The notes under the pieces were generated by a model. The model had not been told where the DNA came from, searched no databases, and saw nothing but the letters and a program-made list of their open reading frames with translations. A DNA stretch of 64,000 nucleotides from the NCBI GenBank assembly GCA_012295275.1, contig CM022665.1, positions 39,122,001 to 39,186,000 of the forward strand, read 5' to 3'. Within the stretch, counting starts at the first letter, position 1, and every line of letters starts with the position of its first letter. Of this stretch, positions 35,762 through 51,259 are shown in pieces. This stretch comes from Chrysomallon squamiferum. Lineage: Eukaryota; Animalia; Mollusca. A program made the translations under genes and the position numbers.

Positions 35762-38700
35762 TGTCTGTCTGTTACTATAAAAATATGTTTTTAATTTTTA
35801 ATTTTAATTTTTTTTTCCCCTAATACAAACCTTAAAACTGGGCAGGATTCATTTTCCATTACTATCTAGATCATCTGGTAAATATTACTATTAACCATCA
35901 ATAAATTATTTTTATTTCTCTAGCCTAAGTAATGATTGACATGATTAATCTTCTAATATTTCTTATGACAGCTGGGCATCCAAAACTGATTTCTTAGGCT
36001 GATACACATAAAGCTTGTTTTAATTTTAAAATAAATATTGTTATAGTATAGACACACACACACACAAACACTCACTCCTACCTTCTTGCTCGAAATCGGT
36101 AATACAGTATTCCCTCGCTATTCGCGGGGGTTACGTTCTTTACCCCCACGAATAGCAAAAACCATGTATTGGATGCAGTTTTAAAACGTCTATTTTGATT
36201 TATACGTCTGAAGAAACATTTCTAAAGACACTCTTACTCATTAATACAGTAATAATGTAGTAATATTGCATGCAGTTATGTATTTCACTAATGTAGTAAT
36301 TAATGTAAACATTTTAATTTTGTACAAACAATTTTTAATTCATTCATTTTTTCTTTTACTTTCATTTTCTATCTATAAACATATGTATTAGAATTGACAG
36401 AAAGTGGAACAAATTTAAAGGCAAACAGACAGATAAATACAGTACGCACAGTTCAGGTAATAATAATACAATTCAGTAATAATATGCAGTCAGCCAATAG
36501 CAGCCCAGCCATTGTTCGATGAAGACGTCAATCGATAAAAACTACAATTGAAAATACAGACATTTAAAAGTCTCTATGACCTACAAAACCCGGTTTACAA
36601 AGCATTTGTTTTTATGACGTTATGACGCTAGCCTGGTATACCAGCATACAATGCGATAGGGTTAAGAGCCTAACCCGCGAATATGTGGGGTATACTGTAA
36701 ATATTTTATTTAGTCTCTGAAGAAAATTCAAGTTATCTTGCAGATTCATTATTTAGTTATTTATTTATTCATTTATTCATTCATTTTTTCTTTCTTTCAT
36801 TCTTTATTTATTTTTTCAGTTAGTGAAACAGATCCAAAGCACAGAAAGTACAATTGAAAGTTTAACTGAACAAGTAGCTGAACTCAGTCAGTCAGACACT
36901 TTATCCCGAGCTAGAAATGACCATGATGCTGTAGTGGCATCGTTGCAACAACGGCACGAACGAGAAGTGCTTACACTGAAAGAACATCTGGACAGTGCTA
37001 ATAATAAGATATCAGAACTGGTTGGTTTAGCAAAAAATAATAATGATTATAAAATAAAATAGTGTTTTGTATCAGAAAAGAATTTCTGAATGCATTTTTT
37101 TAAAGTTCATCTAAAAAATTATATCAAAGAACAAGTAGGTAGATTCATATGTAAAATGAAAAATGATCAGTTATCACTGTAGTGCAAATTAATTAAATTT
37201 GTTAATGGTTAACATCTTGAAATAAAAAAATCTTTTTTAACCTTTCTTTTTTTTAATTTAAATTCCGTTTTCATCCAGATTATTTTTGGCTCCATACATT
37301 TATAATCTGAATTTCTGTACTTACATTTAAAACAATACTTTGATATATTTATGCTCATATTAATATTATCAGATTTTGTATTATCAATTATTGTAAAGGA
37401 AAATGAAATATAATAATATTTTTAGAATAAACAGGATAATTTGTCTTGCCTTTGCAAAAGCAAGCACAGTTCCTTAACCGGCTTAATAGGTAAATATTAA
37501 TTAACAGTATACTTTATATATGATGTTTGTTTAAGTCCTTATCTTTATTTATTTATTTATTATTATTATTTTTTTTTGTTAAAGGAAAATACAACATCCT
37601 CACTGAAAAGGCAGTTAGCTGAACAAACACACTTATTGGAGCAGGCTCAGATATCACGAGCTGAAAATATCAACAGGCTGACAAAGAGTTTGGAAGAAAG
37701 TCAGCGACAGTGTCAAGCCTTGCTAGAATCTGGTACAGTACAGCTTATATTTAATTCAGTAAAATACTTAATCTCAAGATGTTACACTTCATTTTCTGAA
37801 ATTTAACTGTTAAATATGGATCACATGTAATTAATGTTTTGCTTGAATAAACATTTGAATACCAGTATTTGTGTTTAAATATTTGTAGGTGGAATTCACT
37901 GAATTTTTGTACTGTTTATTTCACTACAGTTAAAGATAAATGGGCTTTTTATGAAAAGAAGGAACTTATTTTATTTATTTTTTTCCCTCTTTTATACATC
38001 TATTTCAAGTGAAATTTTTTTTTAAAAGTTTAATTATATTTTAGATTTCCAATATATTTGAATATAGTGAAAATAAGATGATCCCACAGTTTAATAATTT
38101 TTATTAAAGAATTTGTCTTAGGTATTACTTTAATTATTAAATTTGTTTTATAAATTTATTTAAATTTTTTATTTACATATTTATTTTTTTATTTTTTATT
38201 TTTTAATAATAATGAATACTTATTTCTAACTGAACATTTTTATTTAGCATCTTCCCAAGAACTTAGTCAGATCAAAGCTCAGCTTAGTCAAGCATCAGCC
38301 TCAAAAAGAATATCTGATGAAATGTGCAAGTCATTACAGGTAAATCTTACTAGTAGTACCCTGTATTATATTGTTTTATGCTTGTGTTCACACTGAGGTT
38401 TTTTTTGTTAATTTCTTTCTTTCTTTCTTTCTTTATTTATAATGATTGTCTGGTTTCAGTTCATTAGTTTTGTGGTTGTCTTTTATTTAAGTTTTAGTAA
38501 ATAATTTTCATTCTGACTTTTTTTTAATTTAATGTTATTTATTTTATTATTATTATTATTATTATTTTAAAATCTTTTATTTTATTTTACATTTTATTTA
38601 AAACCTTTATATTTCACTTCATAATTGGTATTTCAATTTTGCTTACTTGCTTACCTAATTTGCAGCATCAGACTCATAGCTATAAAAGAAAATCATATAA

Positions 38701-39095
38701 TGGTTTGTTTTGCATTGCATATGTTAAATTTATAAGTTAACAATATCTTTTCATCTCAGAGTGAAATCCACGAACTCAAGGAACAGCTAAGTATGTATGA
38801 GTCAGCTTCAAGTCTGGGTGTGTTTTCTCGAGGACAGTCCATGGGAACAAATGATGACTCCATGCTGGATTTGGGCATCAAGAAAACCTTAGACTTCAGC
38901 ACACCAGACTCAAATTCAAGGTTAGTTTTCTTTAAACATAATTTTAAATAAATTATTTGAATATTAAATTTGTTTACAAATAAATGTTTTGGTCTGAATG
39001 TTCACAGAATACAGTAAAGAATTTTGTCTGAAAGTGCCACTTGCAAGAAATGTCAGTTTTGTTGTGAAAATGAAAATATATATATATTTTTTCTT

Positions 39096-39160
<65 letters not shown>

Positions 39161-42100
39161 CAAGAAATGTCAGTTTCGTTGTAAAATTGAAAAAAATATT
39201 TTATTTTATTTTTTGCTTGAAAGGGCTAGTTTTTAAGTTTCTTCAGTTTTTAGATTTAAAAGTATCTAATATTTTAAATTTTTTTTTTTTTATTAAAGAG
39301 TTTATATCAAAAGTTATGGATTATTACAGTCATGTGGATTATAACATCATAATCTATATTTCACAGTATTCAAAATATTTTTGTACAGATTTGGTAGACC
39401 AAATGGTTCTGGAGAAATAACATCAAGGTTGAAAAATGAACTAGAAAGATGTGTAACCAGTAACAGTCAGAAGAGGGCTCTGATCAGCAAGTTGAAGGAA
39501 GAATTACGTGCTGCCAAGGAAGAGATTGGAACATTAAAAGAAAGATGTGAGCGAGCTGAGAAAAATGCTGAAGAATTTCAGGTAAATAGTAAATAAATTA
39601 AATTTGGCGATTAGTAAATCAGGGACAGAAAATTTAAATATTAAAATATCATTAGGTATTAATTAGTGTTAGTTTAGGAACAGAAGTTCACTTCAAAGTG
39701 TTTTGCACACATAAATATTACTGGTAATTAATTAATTTTCTTTTATTATTGTTATTATTTTTATTATTTAAGTCAAATAATAAATTGTTGAAAAATTTAA
39801 AATTATGACATAAATTTTCAGTGACAATAATTTGAATTTTTGTTTTGTTTTGTTTTTATTTTAGAAAAGATTGAAAGAGTTTGAAGACTTAATGCAGCCA
39901 GGAAATAAAATGAGTGCCATGGAGGCCAGAATGAACAAAGAAATTGATAATCTGAAGAAAGAAAGAACCATTTTACTGGAAGATATTGAGGTAAGAAAGA
40001 AGCTTACTATCATCATTAGTCAAGCACTTACTTAAAAGGTTTGGTTTTCTTTGATTTTTATTTAGGTATTATTAATATTTCTTCTGTCTATTCAATAAAA
40101 AAAAAAAAACTTTAAAAAAAAACTGTTTCTTGTTATTTAGGAATTAAGAAAGAGACTAGGAGAAGCAGCAAAGAATGAGGAAACACTGTCAGAAATAAAC
40201 CAAGAATTAAACAAAAGAATGTCAGATATGGTCAAAGAATATGACACTGACAAGAGAGAAGCACTGGAAAGGTTAGATTTTTTTTATTATTTATTTATTT
40301 ATTTACTTATTCATTTTCTGTTGGTTGGTTAAACTTGTTCTTTCTCAGGTTCAGTGAAATTTTTGCCATCTTTACTGGACCACATTCTTAATGTTCACTA
40401 AAAATTAAAATGGTTTTAGAAATAATGATGTCTAATTTTTAGTAAATTTTATTTAAAAAAAAAAAAAAGAAGAAAAATATATTAATATTGCTTAAGTTTC
40501 ATAACAGGATAATGTATTCTCATTTTATTTGATTGAAATCTAAAACAGAAAAGTTCTTCTGAAATTATATATTTTAATCTGATATTTTTTATATGTTATC
40601 TTAACAGATGTCAGAGAGCAAGTGATCAGGTTCATGAAATCACAAAACAGAAACTTAGACAAGAACTTATTTCTGAATTTAGCATTGAGAGAGCTCAGAT
40701 AGTAACCAGATATGAATCAGAAATAGGACAGCTGAGGTAAATCTTACATTAAATTTCTGATTTACCCTTTTAAATGTACTTCATCATCTAGATCGTGTCA
40801 TTCTCATTATTTTGTTCTAAAAACTATTTTTGTAGTGAAATAGAAGGGACATTATCACTTTCCAAAGAATTATAATATTTTTATCTATTCCAAATGAATG
40901 ATTTTACCCACTTTGGCTTCATATATCAATATAAATATATTTTGCAGAGTTATGACATAAGCTTTGTCTCAGACAATCTTGCTTCTGAATGGGCCCTTAA
41001 AAATGAAGATTTCTTCAAAATAGCAGTTGTGTACAAACAGAACCAAAAAGTTAAATCATAAAAAATTCTTAACTTTGGAAGTATTTAACTGACAACTTTG
41101 AATTTTTTATCATTGAAATCAGGATCTACAGTTACAGTTATGAGTCAACTTTTATTTCCCAGACAGAAAATCACTTTTGAGTACCTACATATACTAAAAA
41201 AATAGTTAAAAATTTGTTTATTACACATACTGTACAAATAAGTTTATCACTTTACTACAGAAACAAATTAAGGGACTTGTATGACGCATATAACATAAAA
41301 ATTTTGTCTACCAAATGAAGTACAATTTTATCATGTAAGCAATAAATACATGTATATCAATCATGTAAGTATGTACTTTTTTTTAAATTTCAGGAGTGAA
41401 TTGAGTTCAGCTCAGCAAGAGATTGATGAGGTTAAAGAACTATATTTGAAGTCATGTGCTGAAAATAATGCTCTGAGTGAAAAAATTAAGAACGAGATGG
41501 AAGAAAAACATAAAGAGGAATTAGAAAAGGTAAATTGTTGAATCTTCCTCTTTTATTTTTCATTTTTCATTTTGATTTTTAATTTTTTTTCATTTTTTTT
41601 TTTCATTTTTATAATTAATTGAAATGACACTTGAAAAATTTGTATTTAAAGAAGAAAATAATGATAAATAGTGCAAAAATATGATATGGTTGAGATTTTA
41701 ATAGATATTTTTATAGATACAGAGATTGATTTTCGTAAATGAAAAATTTATATATTTTATTCAGAACATGTTAAAATATGAGTTAACCTACTGTAGGTGC
41801 TTACGTATAGGCAACATGTAAATACATTTTCTGATACTGTGTGGTTATTGTGCTGGAAAAATGGTTCTTATTTAACTGCTCCAAGTTTCCTGAATTTTTT
41901 CATAAAACCCTTCCACAAAAACAAATTTAAAAAAACAAAACAAACAAAAAACCAATTATTTCTGACAGATTATCATAAATAGGCCTATGACCTGGAAAGT
42001 GGATTTTAGACTATTTAAAATAGTAGGTTTTATTGACTTCTAAATGATTTGAAACAGCATAAATAAAAAACTATATGGTATATGTTGTAGATTAAAAAAG

Positions 42101-45100
42101 AACTGATGTCTGAGAAAGAAGAAGTGAAAACAACATCAAGTGAAATCACTGAAAAACTGAAAGCTCAAATTAAAGAAGAAATGTCAGAAGAGTATGAAGG
42201 AAAAATTGAAGAAAGAGATTGATTCCAAGGTATACAGTTTATTACTTAGTCAATAAGTGAGGGGAAAAAAAGAAGAAATTTAATATAAATTATTTTATTA
42301 AATCAGTAATATTCACAAACATTATATAATATATTCTGTAAGACAGTAACATTTTAGTTTGAAAACATAATACAGATTTCTACTCAATGCAAAGTAAAAT
42401 ATCCATAGATTACTTTAAAATCTGTTTTTGTTTGTTCTTAAGTAAATAGTTTTTACAGTGTAACTTCAAAATAAAGACCAATACTGATAACTTAATTGAA
42501 AACATTCCATTTGAAGATTGCAAGTTTAAAGCTTGAATGGATGGAAGAAATGAAACAAAGTAAAGATTCTGAAATTGAAGTTGCTGTAGCTGCTGCTAAA
42601 AATGAGTGGACTTTGAAAAAAGAAGCAGAATTTGAATCTGAAGTGGAGAAAAAAATTGAGGAAGGTATGTATTTCATTCATAATTAAAAGCCAAAGAAAT
42701 GCTGTTTTGGACAGTCCAGAAATTATATTATATACAGTATTTCCCTTGTGACAAGTTATTTAGAATTTGTGTTCTATATATGCAGACAGACCAATATATA
42801 CATTTTAATTTGAGCCTTTCATATACAGTTAACCTTAAATATTTTAGTAAAATGTAAAAAGATAATTATGCTTTATTTTATCAAAATATTTGCAGAATTT
42901 TTGAATGAACACCAAATATATATAACTAAACAGAGTTAAAGCATTTAGTTTAATGAAATAATATTTTATTTCTGTTGTATCATTCATTTTTGTTTTACCA
43001 ATAATTTCTATAATTGCCGAGAATAATATTCATAACAATTATTTGTAACTACAGTAAGTTTAGTTTAATATTACTCGCTGTTTAATTAATATTTGTTTCA
43101 ATACATTTGCAGCTAAATCTAACTGGCAGCAAGAAGCAGAAAGACATATGGAAGAAGAGATAAAGAAAGCTGTTGATCAGGCCCAGTTAGAATGGGAAAA
43201 ATTATCAGCAAGAGCTCAAAACATTGAAGAGGAAAAATCAAATATGAATGAAGAGCTGGTAGAAGAAAGAATAAAAGAAAGAGTGAAAGAAGAATTGGAA
43301 AAATGTCTGGAAAAGGAGAAAATGAAATGGCAACTGGAAGCTGATATCAAACTGGAAAAAGAAATTCGCAACCAGATCAAGATGGAAAGGACTCGCTGGC
43401 AGTTGGAACAGGACCACCAGGTAGAGGTGGAGGTGGAGCTGGCTGTGAAAAAAGCCAAACAGAAATGGTCTGCTGCTGTGGAAGAAAGGACAAAAATATC
43501 TGAGGAGGACCATAAAGAAATTCTTGAAAAAGAAAAGCAGCGATGGCAGAGAGAGAGCAGCAGGTTGATGAAGGAAGAGGTTAGAAAAGCAGTTGAGAGT
43601 TCTGTGAAAGAAATGGAAAAAAGTTTTCTGGAAAGACAGAAAAAGACTGAGGCTCAGTTCATAGAGCAGCTGAAAGCTGAGAAGGAGAAACTGACGGAGG
43701 AGGCTAAAAAAAAGCTTCAGGAAGAGATTAAGATTTCTGAGGAGGAGCAGATTGCTGCATCTGCTTTTGATCAGCAGGTGTCAAGAGAACAAATGAATTT
43801 GAAGATTCAAACAGAGGTAGATATATTTTGAAAACCCAGATGATTGTGAGCAGTCATGAAAAAAATGTATTTTATATATATATATATATATATTTTTTTT
43901 AATTGTAAATTTGTTGCAGATTTGTACTGACTCATTTTAACCCAAATTTATAAGTATAGTGATTATTTTTCATTATTATCAGTAGTACAGGATAGCATTA
44001 CAGTTTCTTTTTTTTTTTTTTTTTTTTTTTTAATTGTTTTGTTATTAATATTAATTTTATATTCAGAATTAAATATATTCATGGTTAACAATAGAAGCTT
44101 TAACAAATAATTTCACCATTATTATTAAACTTTTTATATATTTTTTTTATTTAATTATTAAACTTCTAGAAACACATTCTGCTGTCTGACAAAATTAATT
44201 TCCTCTTTCTGTGTTCCTTCTAGTGACCAGAGATTTTTATTTCCTAATAATCATTAGTTAATTTTTATATTTCTCATGGATAATGAAGTGTCTTTTTGAT
44301 GTACCAGCTTTAATTTGATTTGCAGTTTTGTTTTTGCATGGTAATTTTATTACATTTTTATTTTATTTTTTTATTATTTTATTTTTTTTTTTTTTTTTTT
44401 TTCAGGTTTCTAATGCTGTTGAAAATGCTAGATTAGAATGGCAAAAACTTTGTGATGTTACAAAATCACTGCTAGAGCAGGTATACACGCAAAGCCTTTA
44501 TGTTTCCCATATTTGATTCATAAAAATTAATACTTAAATGACCTTTTGGGCATCTTTTAAAAAAAAAAGAATTAAGTGTTAGTTCTTGAGTAAAATTTGT
44601 GTTAGTAGCAAAAATTTCTTCTTTTTTCTTTTCATAACAAGTCTATGTATGTGAAACAGTCTTTAACTGTATACAGTGCCTGTAAAATTAGAAAATATAT
44701 TATTCCAAAACAAGAATTAAAATTTAGTTCATTTAATTAGCTATATTTCTTTGCAACTTTGTTGATTTAGTTTCAGATACTAATGTTATTTTTTTGTTGT
44801 TTTTTTAAATCTTAATTCAAGAAAAAGATTATTTTTATATATTTGCTTACAAAACTTTTTAAATTATTTTTTCTTTCTTTCTTTTTTAAATATTAATTCA
44901 GGAACTAGAAAACATTAAAACTGAAAATAACAGACTGAAAACTGAGTTGCGTTCCAAAGAAGCTGACTGGATAGAAAAGCGAGATGGGTTGATTGCTCAA
45001 AAGGATGCTGAGAGACGACAGTGTGTTAAGGAAATACAGGACCAGTGTCAGCAAGATTACCAGAAGTTTATCAGTGATCATCATGACATGCTAAACAAAG

Positions 45101-45497
45101 CACTGAAAGAGGCAAGGGACAAACATGCCCTGGAAAAGGTATGAAGAGGGTCTCAGTGAAAATAGGTCAGAAAAAGAGTGAACAAATATTTGTTTAACCT
45201 CTTGAGTATTTAGCTGTTCAAGCATGTTCATTTCAGTGAAAGACCTTTTGAATATCTTACAAAAAAAAATTAAAAATTAAAAATTAATAATAGAAAAGGG
45301 AGGGAGAAGGGGGAGAGAGAAAGATCAGTGAAGGAATAAATCAAGAACTTTTTGAATGTTTCTGTTTTTATGTATTAAAAAAATAAATAGTTGAAAACAG
45401 AGATGAGAATAGAGAGAGAGAAAGATTTACTTTATGATGTTTTTTTACAATTAAATTGGCCAGAAACTATAAAATTCTGTTTATAAATTACCATTAC

Positions 45498-45549
<52 letters not shown>

Positions 45550-48500
45550 GCTAACAGATAAGAAATATTTTCAGATAAAACTAGAACAGAGCTATGAAGA
45601 AAAGATAGAACAGCTGCAAGCAGAAAAACAACAAATTCTGCAAGAGTTGAGACACAGAGAAACGGTTCCAGAAAATAATCAGCATGAGGTAAAATAAAAT
45701 TGTCAGTTTTCATGAAAAAGAAATTAGTTGTTAACTTAATAATTTTGGTTTACTAAGGATGTCAGAATTCTAAAGAAAAAACAAAATGTAATAAGTATAT
45801 TTTATTCATTTAGTCCCAACAGGTCTGGGTGGTTTTTTTTTATTATTAGTATTGTTGTTGTTTGTTTTATTAAAGTTTTATTTTGTTCTTAATATACATT
45901 TGTTTTGCAGAATAGTGGAAAATATGACAAACTAAAGATACTTTTTATTTTAAATTGTAAATATTTATATGTAAAAAAATCTGTTAAATACTATTTCATA
46001 TTTATTGATTGACATTGCATTTTATTTTTAGTTGTATTTAAAAAAAAAAAAATAATATATTTTATATATATATATATATATAAACATATTATTAATTATA
46101 TTTATTTATTAATTTTATTTCAGAATTCTCTCTTAAATGTCAGTCTTGATATTGAAAGACAAGTATGGCAGAAAGAACGTCAGAAACTGAAAAAGTCGGT
46201 TGCTAATCGAGAGAAGCTGTTAAAATCTGCAGACACTCACATGGCCAATGAAATGGAGAAGTTAAAAACAGAGCTGGAAGAAGCCTACCAGATACAGCTT
46301 GCATCAGAAACTGCTAAAATGGAATCTGAAAGAGAAAAACTTCAGAGCCAGTTGGCCAAGAAAGAAGACTACATAGAACAGCTTGAAGAAGAGATTCAGT
46401 TACTGAGAGCAAAAATGGCAAAGTCGGAAGCTTCATTTAAGCAAGAAGTGTTATCTTTGAAGCAAAAACAAGAAGAACTGAATACTCAGATTAAAAAATC
46501 TGAAAAGGTTTTGCAAGTAATGACAGAAAATATTATATATTTTAATTTTGATTTTTTATTTTTAACTTAATAAAAAAAAAATATATATATATATATTTTT
46601 ATGAATATCTTAAATCATGTTTTTATTTTCTGAAATGTTTACTATTTTATTCTCTGTTGTTAATTGATGTATACTGCTAAGTTAGATAAGAAAAAAAGAA
46701 AAAAAAGAGATTTACTATTTAGCAAAGTAAGTTATCATCTGTATTCCTAACACACTCTACTGCTTGTATTTTTTACTAATATTTTCAAATTTATTGCCTT
46801 ATACAATCAACATAAGGAACTTAAATACTGTCATAAACATTTAAAAGGATCTAGTCTAGAGAATAGAGATTATTATATATATTATATTTAGCTCAAAAAG
46901 GATTTTCTCCTTATTATATTTTAATTTTGAAATTCTTTACATTTATTTATTCATATATTATTGTTTGTAATTTCCTCCCAGGATACACAGAATCACCACC
47001 AGAGAGAAATGAAAGAAACAGAGGCTGTAAATAAAGAATCCATGGAGAATATAAAGAAGAAGATGGCTGAAATGAAGAACAGTAATATGGCAGCAGTAGA
47101 AACACTTAAAAAACAGCACAGCCATGAAAAACGAGAACTACTCAAACAACTGAAAAAATACACAGACAGAGTTGTTGTTAGCATGGCAGTGCAGGTAGGT
47201 TTGAAAATTAGTCATTATTTTACATTTAGTAGTAACTTCAGTTACTAATTGGATTAATATTTGAATCTTGTTGGCAAATTAGTGTGCCCACATTTTATTA
47301 GTAAGTTACTAATTAAAATATGATGTTATGAACATACATAGTAAAGGATCAAAGCAAAGATCGTGTTTTTTATTTTTATTTATTTATTTTTGTAATTTTT
47401 TTTTTTTTAACTTGTATAATGTATGATATTTAAATTATATTTTTGGTTATAAAAGAACTGGAGAAGTATTATTACTTCTACTACTACTACTACTATTACA
47501 GTTATTTTTATTTTAAAATTCTGCAATTAACCTGTTTTATGTTAATTTTGATATTATTTGTCACAGACAGAAAATTGGGATGAACTACAGCTGCTAGAAT
47601 TGCGAGCACAGTACATTGACACAGTTAGTAAGATAAAAGGTTTGTTTGTATTTTTTTAACCACTTACTATTTTCATTTTATTTTGCAAACAAAAGGTATC
47701 TTAACAACACAAATCATGTTTGATATTTAGTGAAATAAACATTTTATTTTGTTTTATTTTGTTTCTTTGTTTTTTGTTTTTTCTTCTTCTTCTACTTTTC
47801 TTCTTTTTTTTTCTTCTTCTTCTTCTTCTTCTTCTTTGTCTTATTATTATTGTCATTATTATTATTACTACTGTGTCATCATTATTATTACTATGAAAAG
47901 TATTTATATTCATGACATTTTATTGTTCAGTGTATTCATTCAAATCTGAAAATATAAGCCACAGAATGTTAAACAAATTTAACAAATTATGGCTTCAGTG
48001 AATTGACTTTATATGAATTAATTATTTTAAATGTTACAGAAGATGTAATGCTACACACAACACAAGCCAATCTGAGAGCTGCTGAGACAGTGAAGGAGAG
48101 TGTAGCTAAAGAGAGACTTAACACAGTCAAACAGCTGAAAAACTTCTACAAAAACAGCGTCAGAAAAATACTTCAGAATGAACTAGCAGGGTATAAAATT
48201 AATTGCACTTGTTTTAACTGACTGAACATTTTAAATCTTGATTTAGAATGGAAAAGTTTATTCTTTCATTTTTTTTAACTTATTTATATTTTTATTATTA
48301 TTAAGTGGGTTTTTTTTTTTTTTTTTTTTTTCAGTATTCGTCGGCAGAAATTTTAAATTTATTTTACATATATGTGTTCTTTTAATAATTATTATTATCA
48401 ATTTTTTTTTTTTTTTTTTTTTTAAACTTTGTTGATGATGGTTATGTTTTTAGTTGGCTAGTTAAGATCATTCCTAACCACTACTTTCTTATACATTTTT

Positions 48501-50583
48501 GCATTTTTAAATCCAAATCAATAATTTAATGACTTTCTAAAATGCCACACACTAAATTTATGTAGTAGAATAAGTAAATTTAAATTCATTAAATGTTTAT
48601 AAAAATAACTGAGAAGATAAAATGTTATAAATATACTTTAATAAAATGTCATTTAAAATATTTTTAGAGCAATATCTTTTAACTGATTTTTACATCAGAT
48701 TGCAATACTAGTAGAATACATATATTGGCATATTCAAAAATTTAAATCTGGAAATATTCTAAAGATGTTAGTTTTATTATGTCAAAGTAAAAGTATATTT
48801 AAATATTATTTGTCAGTTATATGGAGATGGTGATTAGATGAGCATGTTTTAGGATGGTTAAAAAATTCATGTATTTATATTTTACTTTTTTTCATTATAA
48901 AATACAAAGACAAATGGATTCAATATTTTCAGAGCTGAGTTGGAGTCTAAACTCACAGCCATTGATCACGCCTTGGAACAGCTGACCCTCAGTGTGAACA
49001 GTTCCCGGTCAGTAACTCCTGTTGATGAGAACTGTGAGAAGCAGGATCACAGCAGCAAGACATCTTTTACCAGTGGAAGCATTCTGACACCTCGCAGTAT
49101 TTACAGTGTTACCGGAAGTGAATTTTCCAGTCAGGACGATGAAGAAAACAGCAGACTTGATCAGTCTGAACAGAGGTCTTATAGTTCAGTTAATTCCAGT
49201 GCTACATCATATCAACCTTTACACATCATTGACATGACTGATACATTTACTGAATCCAGACCATTTGGACATAGTAATATTCCCATAGATTCACCTACAG
49301 ACAATGTTACTGTTAGGAGCAGGCCTCCAAAGTATTCTAATAATGAAATGGTTCAGACGACAGATGCATCTAATAGTACAATCACTCTGAGACCCAATCC
49401 TACGCGGTTACCTAAAACCAGTTCCGATGGCAGACCATTACAAAGAAGAACATTTGAGGAGAATCGAACTCAGCTTCAGTTTTCTAATGTTTCTTCCAAA
49501 TTTCTTTCAAATGATAGTTCTATGTTTAACAAAGATGGTTCTAAAGAAAAAGACCTCAGACTCGAAGTGCTGAAAAAACAAACTTTAAGAGAAGAACCAA
49601 TATGTACAAAAATTCCACAGCGGTCAAAGTCTCCTTCATTTGTGACTAAAAAAATGACAACTAGTCAGGTCACAAAAAGCATGGAAGAAGACTTTGTAAC
49701 TCCAAAACTAACCACCTTCCAGCCCAAAATATCGAAAGCAAAGTCAGAACTGTCTCTAAATAAATTAGGAGGTTCTGCTGGATTTTCTACAGCAGGCATT
49801 CAGGTGAATTACACCTACACTCCTCTGAACCAGAGCACAAATAATGGATCTCCATCTACAAGTTTGCTGTCTACTTGTAGTCTTTCTGATGGTGATCTGA
49901 GGTTTGCTGGGTATCAGTTACCAGCTCAGAGTGACCCCAGTAATGACAAAGATGAGCCAGTCCTTTTAAATCTTCATGCTCTAGGACTTGGCCATCCATC
50001 ACCAAGGAAGTTCAATCCAGCACCAGAAAGACTCGAAGAAAGATATCAGAGAGCAAAGTCATCAGAAAACTTGTTTAACATTCCACCAGATGCTAGACGA
50101 TTCAATGAAGAAAGATCTGAGACAGAAAACAAATATGCACAGCCTAATCGTTTCAAGGAATTCCCAGGCAGAAACAAACTCAAGTTTGGACTGGTTTCTA
50201 TTTCACAAGATTACAGTGAAGAAGAATTGTCTCATTCTGGGAGGAAATCATTACAGGACTTGGCTTCATCATCTGTGTCTTCTGCTAAACAAGATCAGAC
50301 ATTTGACAGTAGAATAAACAAGGTTCTTCATTTTGGTCAAAACCCTGATAGTTCTGGTAACGAAAACAGTAATGCAGGTCACAGAGCTTTCAAAACAGTG
50401 GACTCAGATACTAGAGTTTTTGGTGGCAGACAGCAATCACAACCAAGATCTCTGTTTAGAGATTCACACAAAGGGAGACATTCGTATGATGATGTTTATC
50501 CAAGAGACAAATCAACAACACAGACTCATGCTGTGCGACATGTTGCATCTTCACCATCTTGTGACTCAGGTCAAGATAATTAG
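29707..50583 (+). CDS. CEP152: Centrosomal protein CEP152 / Asterless, ~25 coding exons, two apparent single-base frameshifts
   Basis: N-terminus SLNFDG...AEAEYRKEEEQQQNE|LKGLLKDAFDDLIDDD (acidic PLK4-binding type); QLQILYKARGRKLEEL; long coiled coils; C-terminal LLELRAQYIDTVSKIK|EDVMLH..ANLRAAETVK..V.KER..T...L..FY. Exons 29707-29820, 32761-32861, 33419-34427, 34823-34975, 35471-35610, 36820-37020, 37585-37732, 38248-38339, 38760-38920, 39389-39581, 39865-39990, 40141-40271, 40608-40736, 41394-41529, 42091-42229, 42517-42664, 43113-43816, 44406-44480, 44902-45138, 45575-45688, 46124-46507 or 46516, 46982-47194, 47567-47639, 48040-48190, 48933-50583. Confidence 0.9.
36105..36697. mobile_element. 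Tigger/pogo (Tc1-mariner) type MITE in a CEP152 intron
   Basis: Imperfect 23-bp TIRs CAGTATTCCCTCGCTATTCGCGG / CCGCGAATATGTGGGGTATACTG (18/23 match), flanked by TA on both sides (36103-36104, 36698-36699); no coding capacity. Confidence 0.75.
39102..39157. repeat. (CT)n microsatellite between short direct repeats (gcaagaaatgtcagttt)
   Basis: Seen directly. Confidence 0.9.
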
Positions 50584-51199
50584 TCATTTATATTTATTTA
50601 CTGAAAAAAAAAAAAAAAAAAAAATTCCTTTAATGTCTGCAAATATTGTACTAATTGAAGTGAATAAGTTTTGAGATAAACTTTTCGTATTGCCAAATTA
50701 TAATCTTAATTTTGATTTAGTGGCAATGGTATTCAACATTATTTTCCATGCTTAACATTAAAACTGTTTTAAGTTTTATAAGCATGGATCTTGTTGCTCA
50801 TATTCAGCATTTTCATTTTTGTTGTGTTGCCTCTTATAGATAGGTGACTGGTATTAATAATTTAAAACTTTTATTGCAACTTTTCCTATTTATGTTTTCT
50901 CTGTGATATGAAACATTCCGTCCATGAATATTTTCCCCGTCCAGATATCTGGAATTACATTAACATTCCCATTCGTCTGTTGTAAAACTGTGTTTCTCAG
51001 TAGATCTCTAACTAATGAAAGTATATATTTTTGATGTACAGTTATTTGAGAAAATCAAAGAATCTCTCTAAATTCATCATTTCTTCATGGTTTTATATAT
51101 TTTTATTCTTTTGTTAATTATTCTTTTTTTATTATTTTCATTTTTTTTTTTTTTTTTTTTTTTCTAGATTTTATAAAAAAAAAAATTATATTTTGCTTA

Positions 51200-51259
<60 letters not shown>

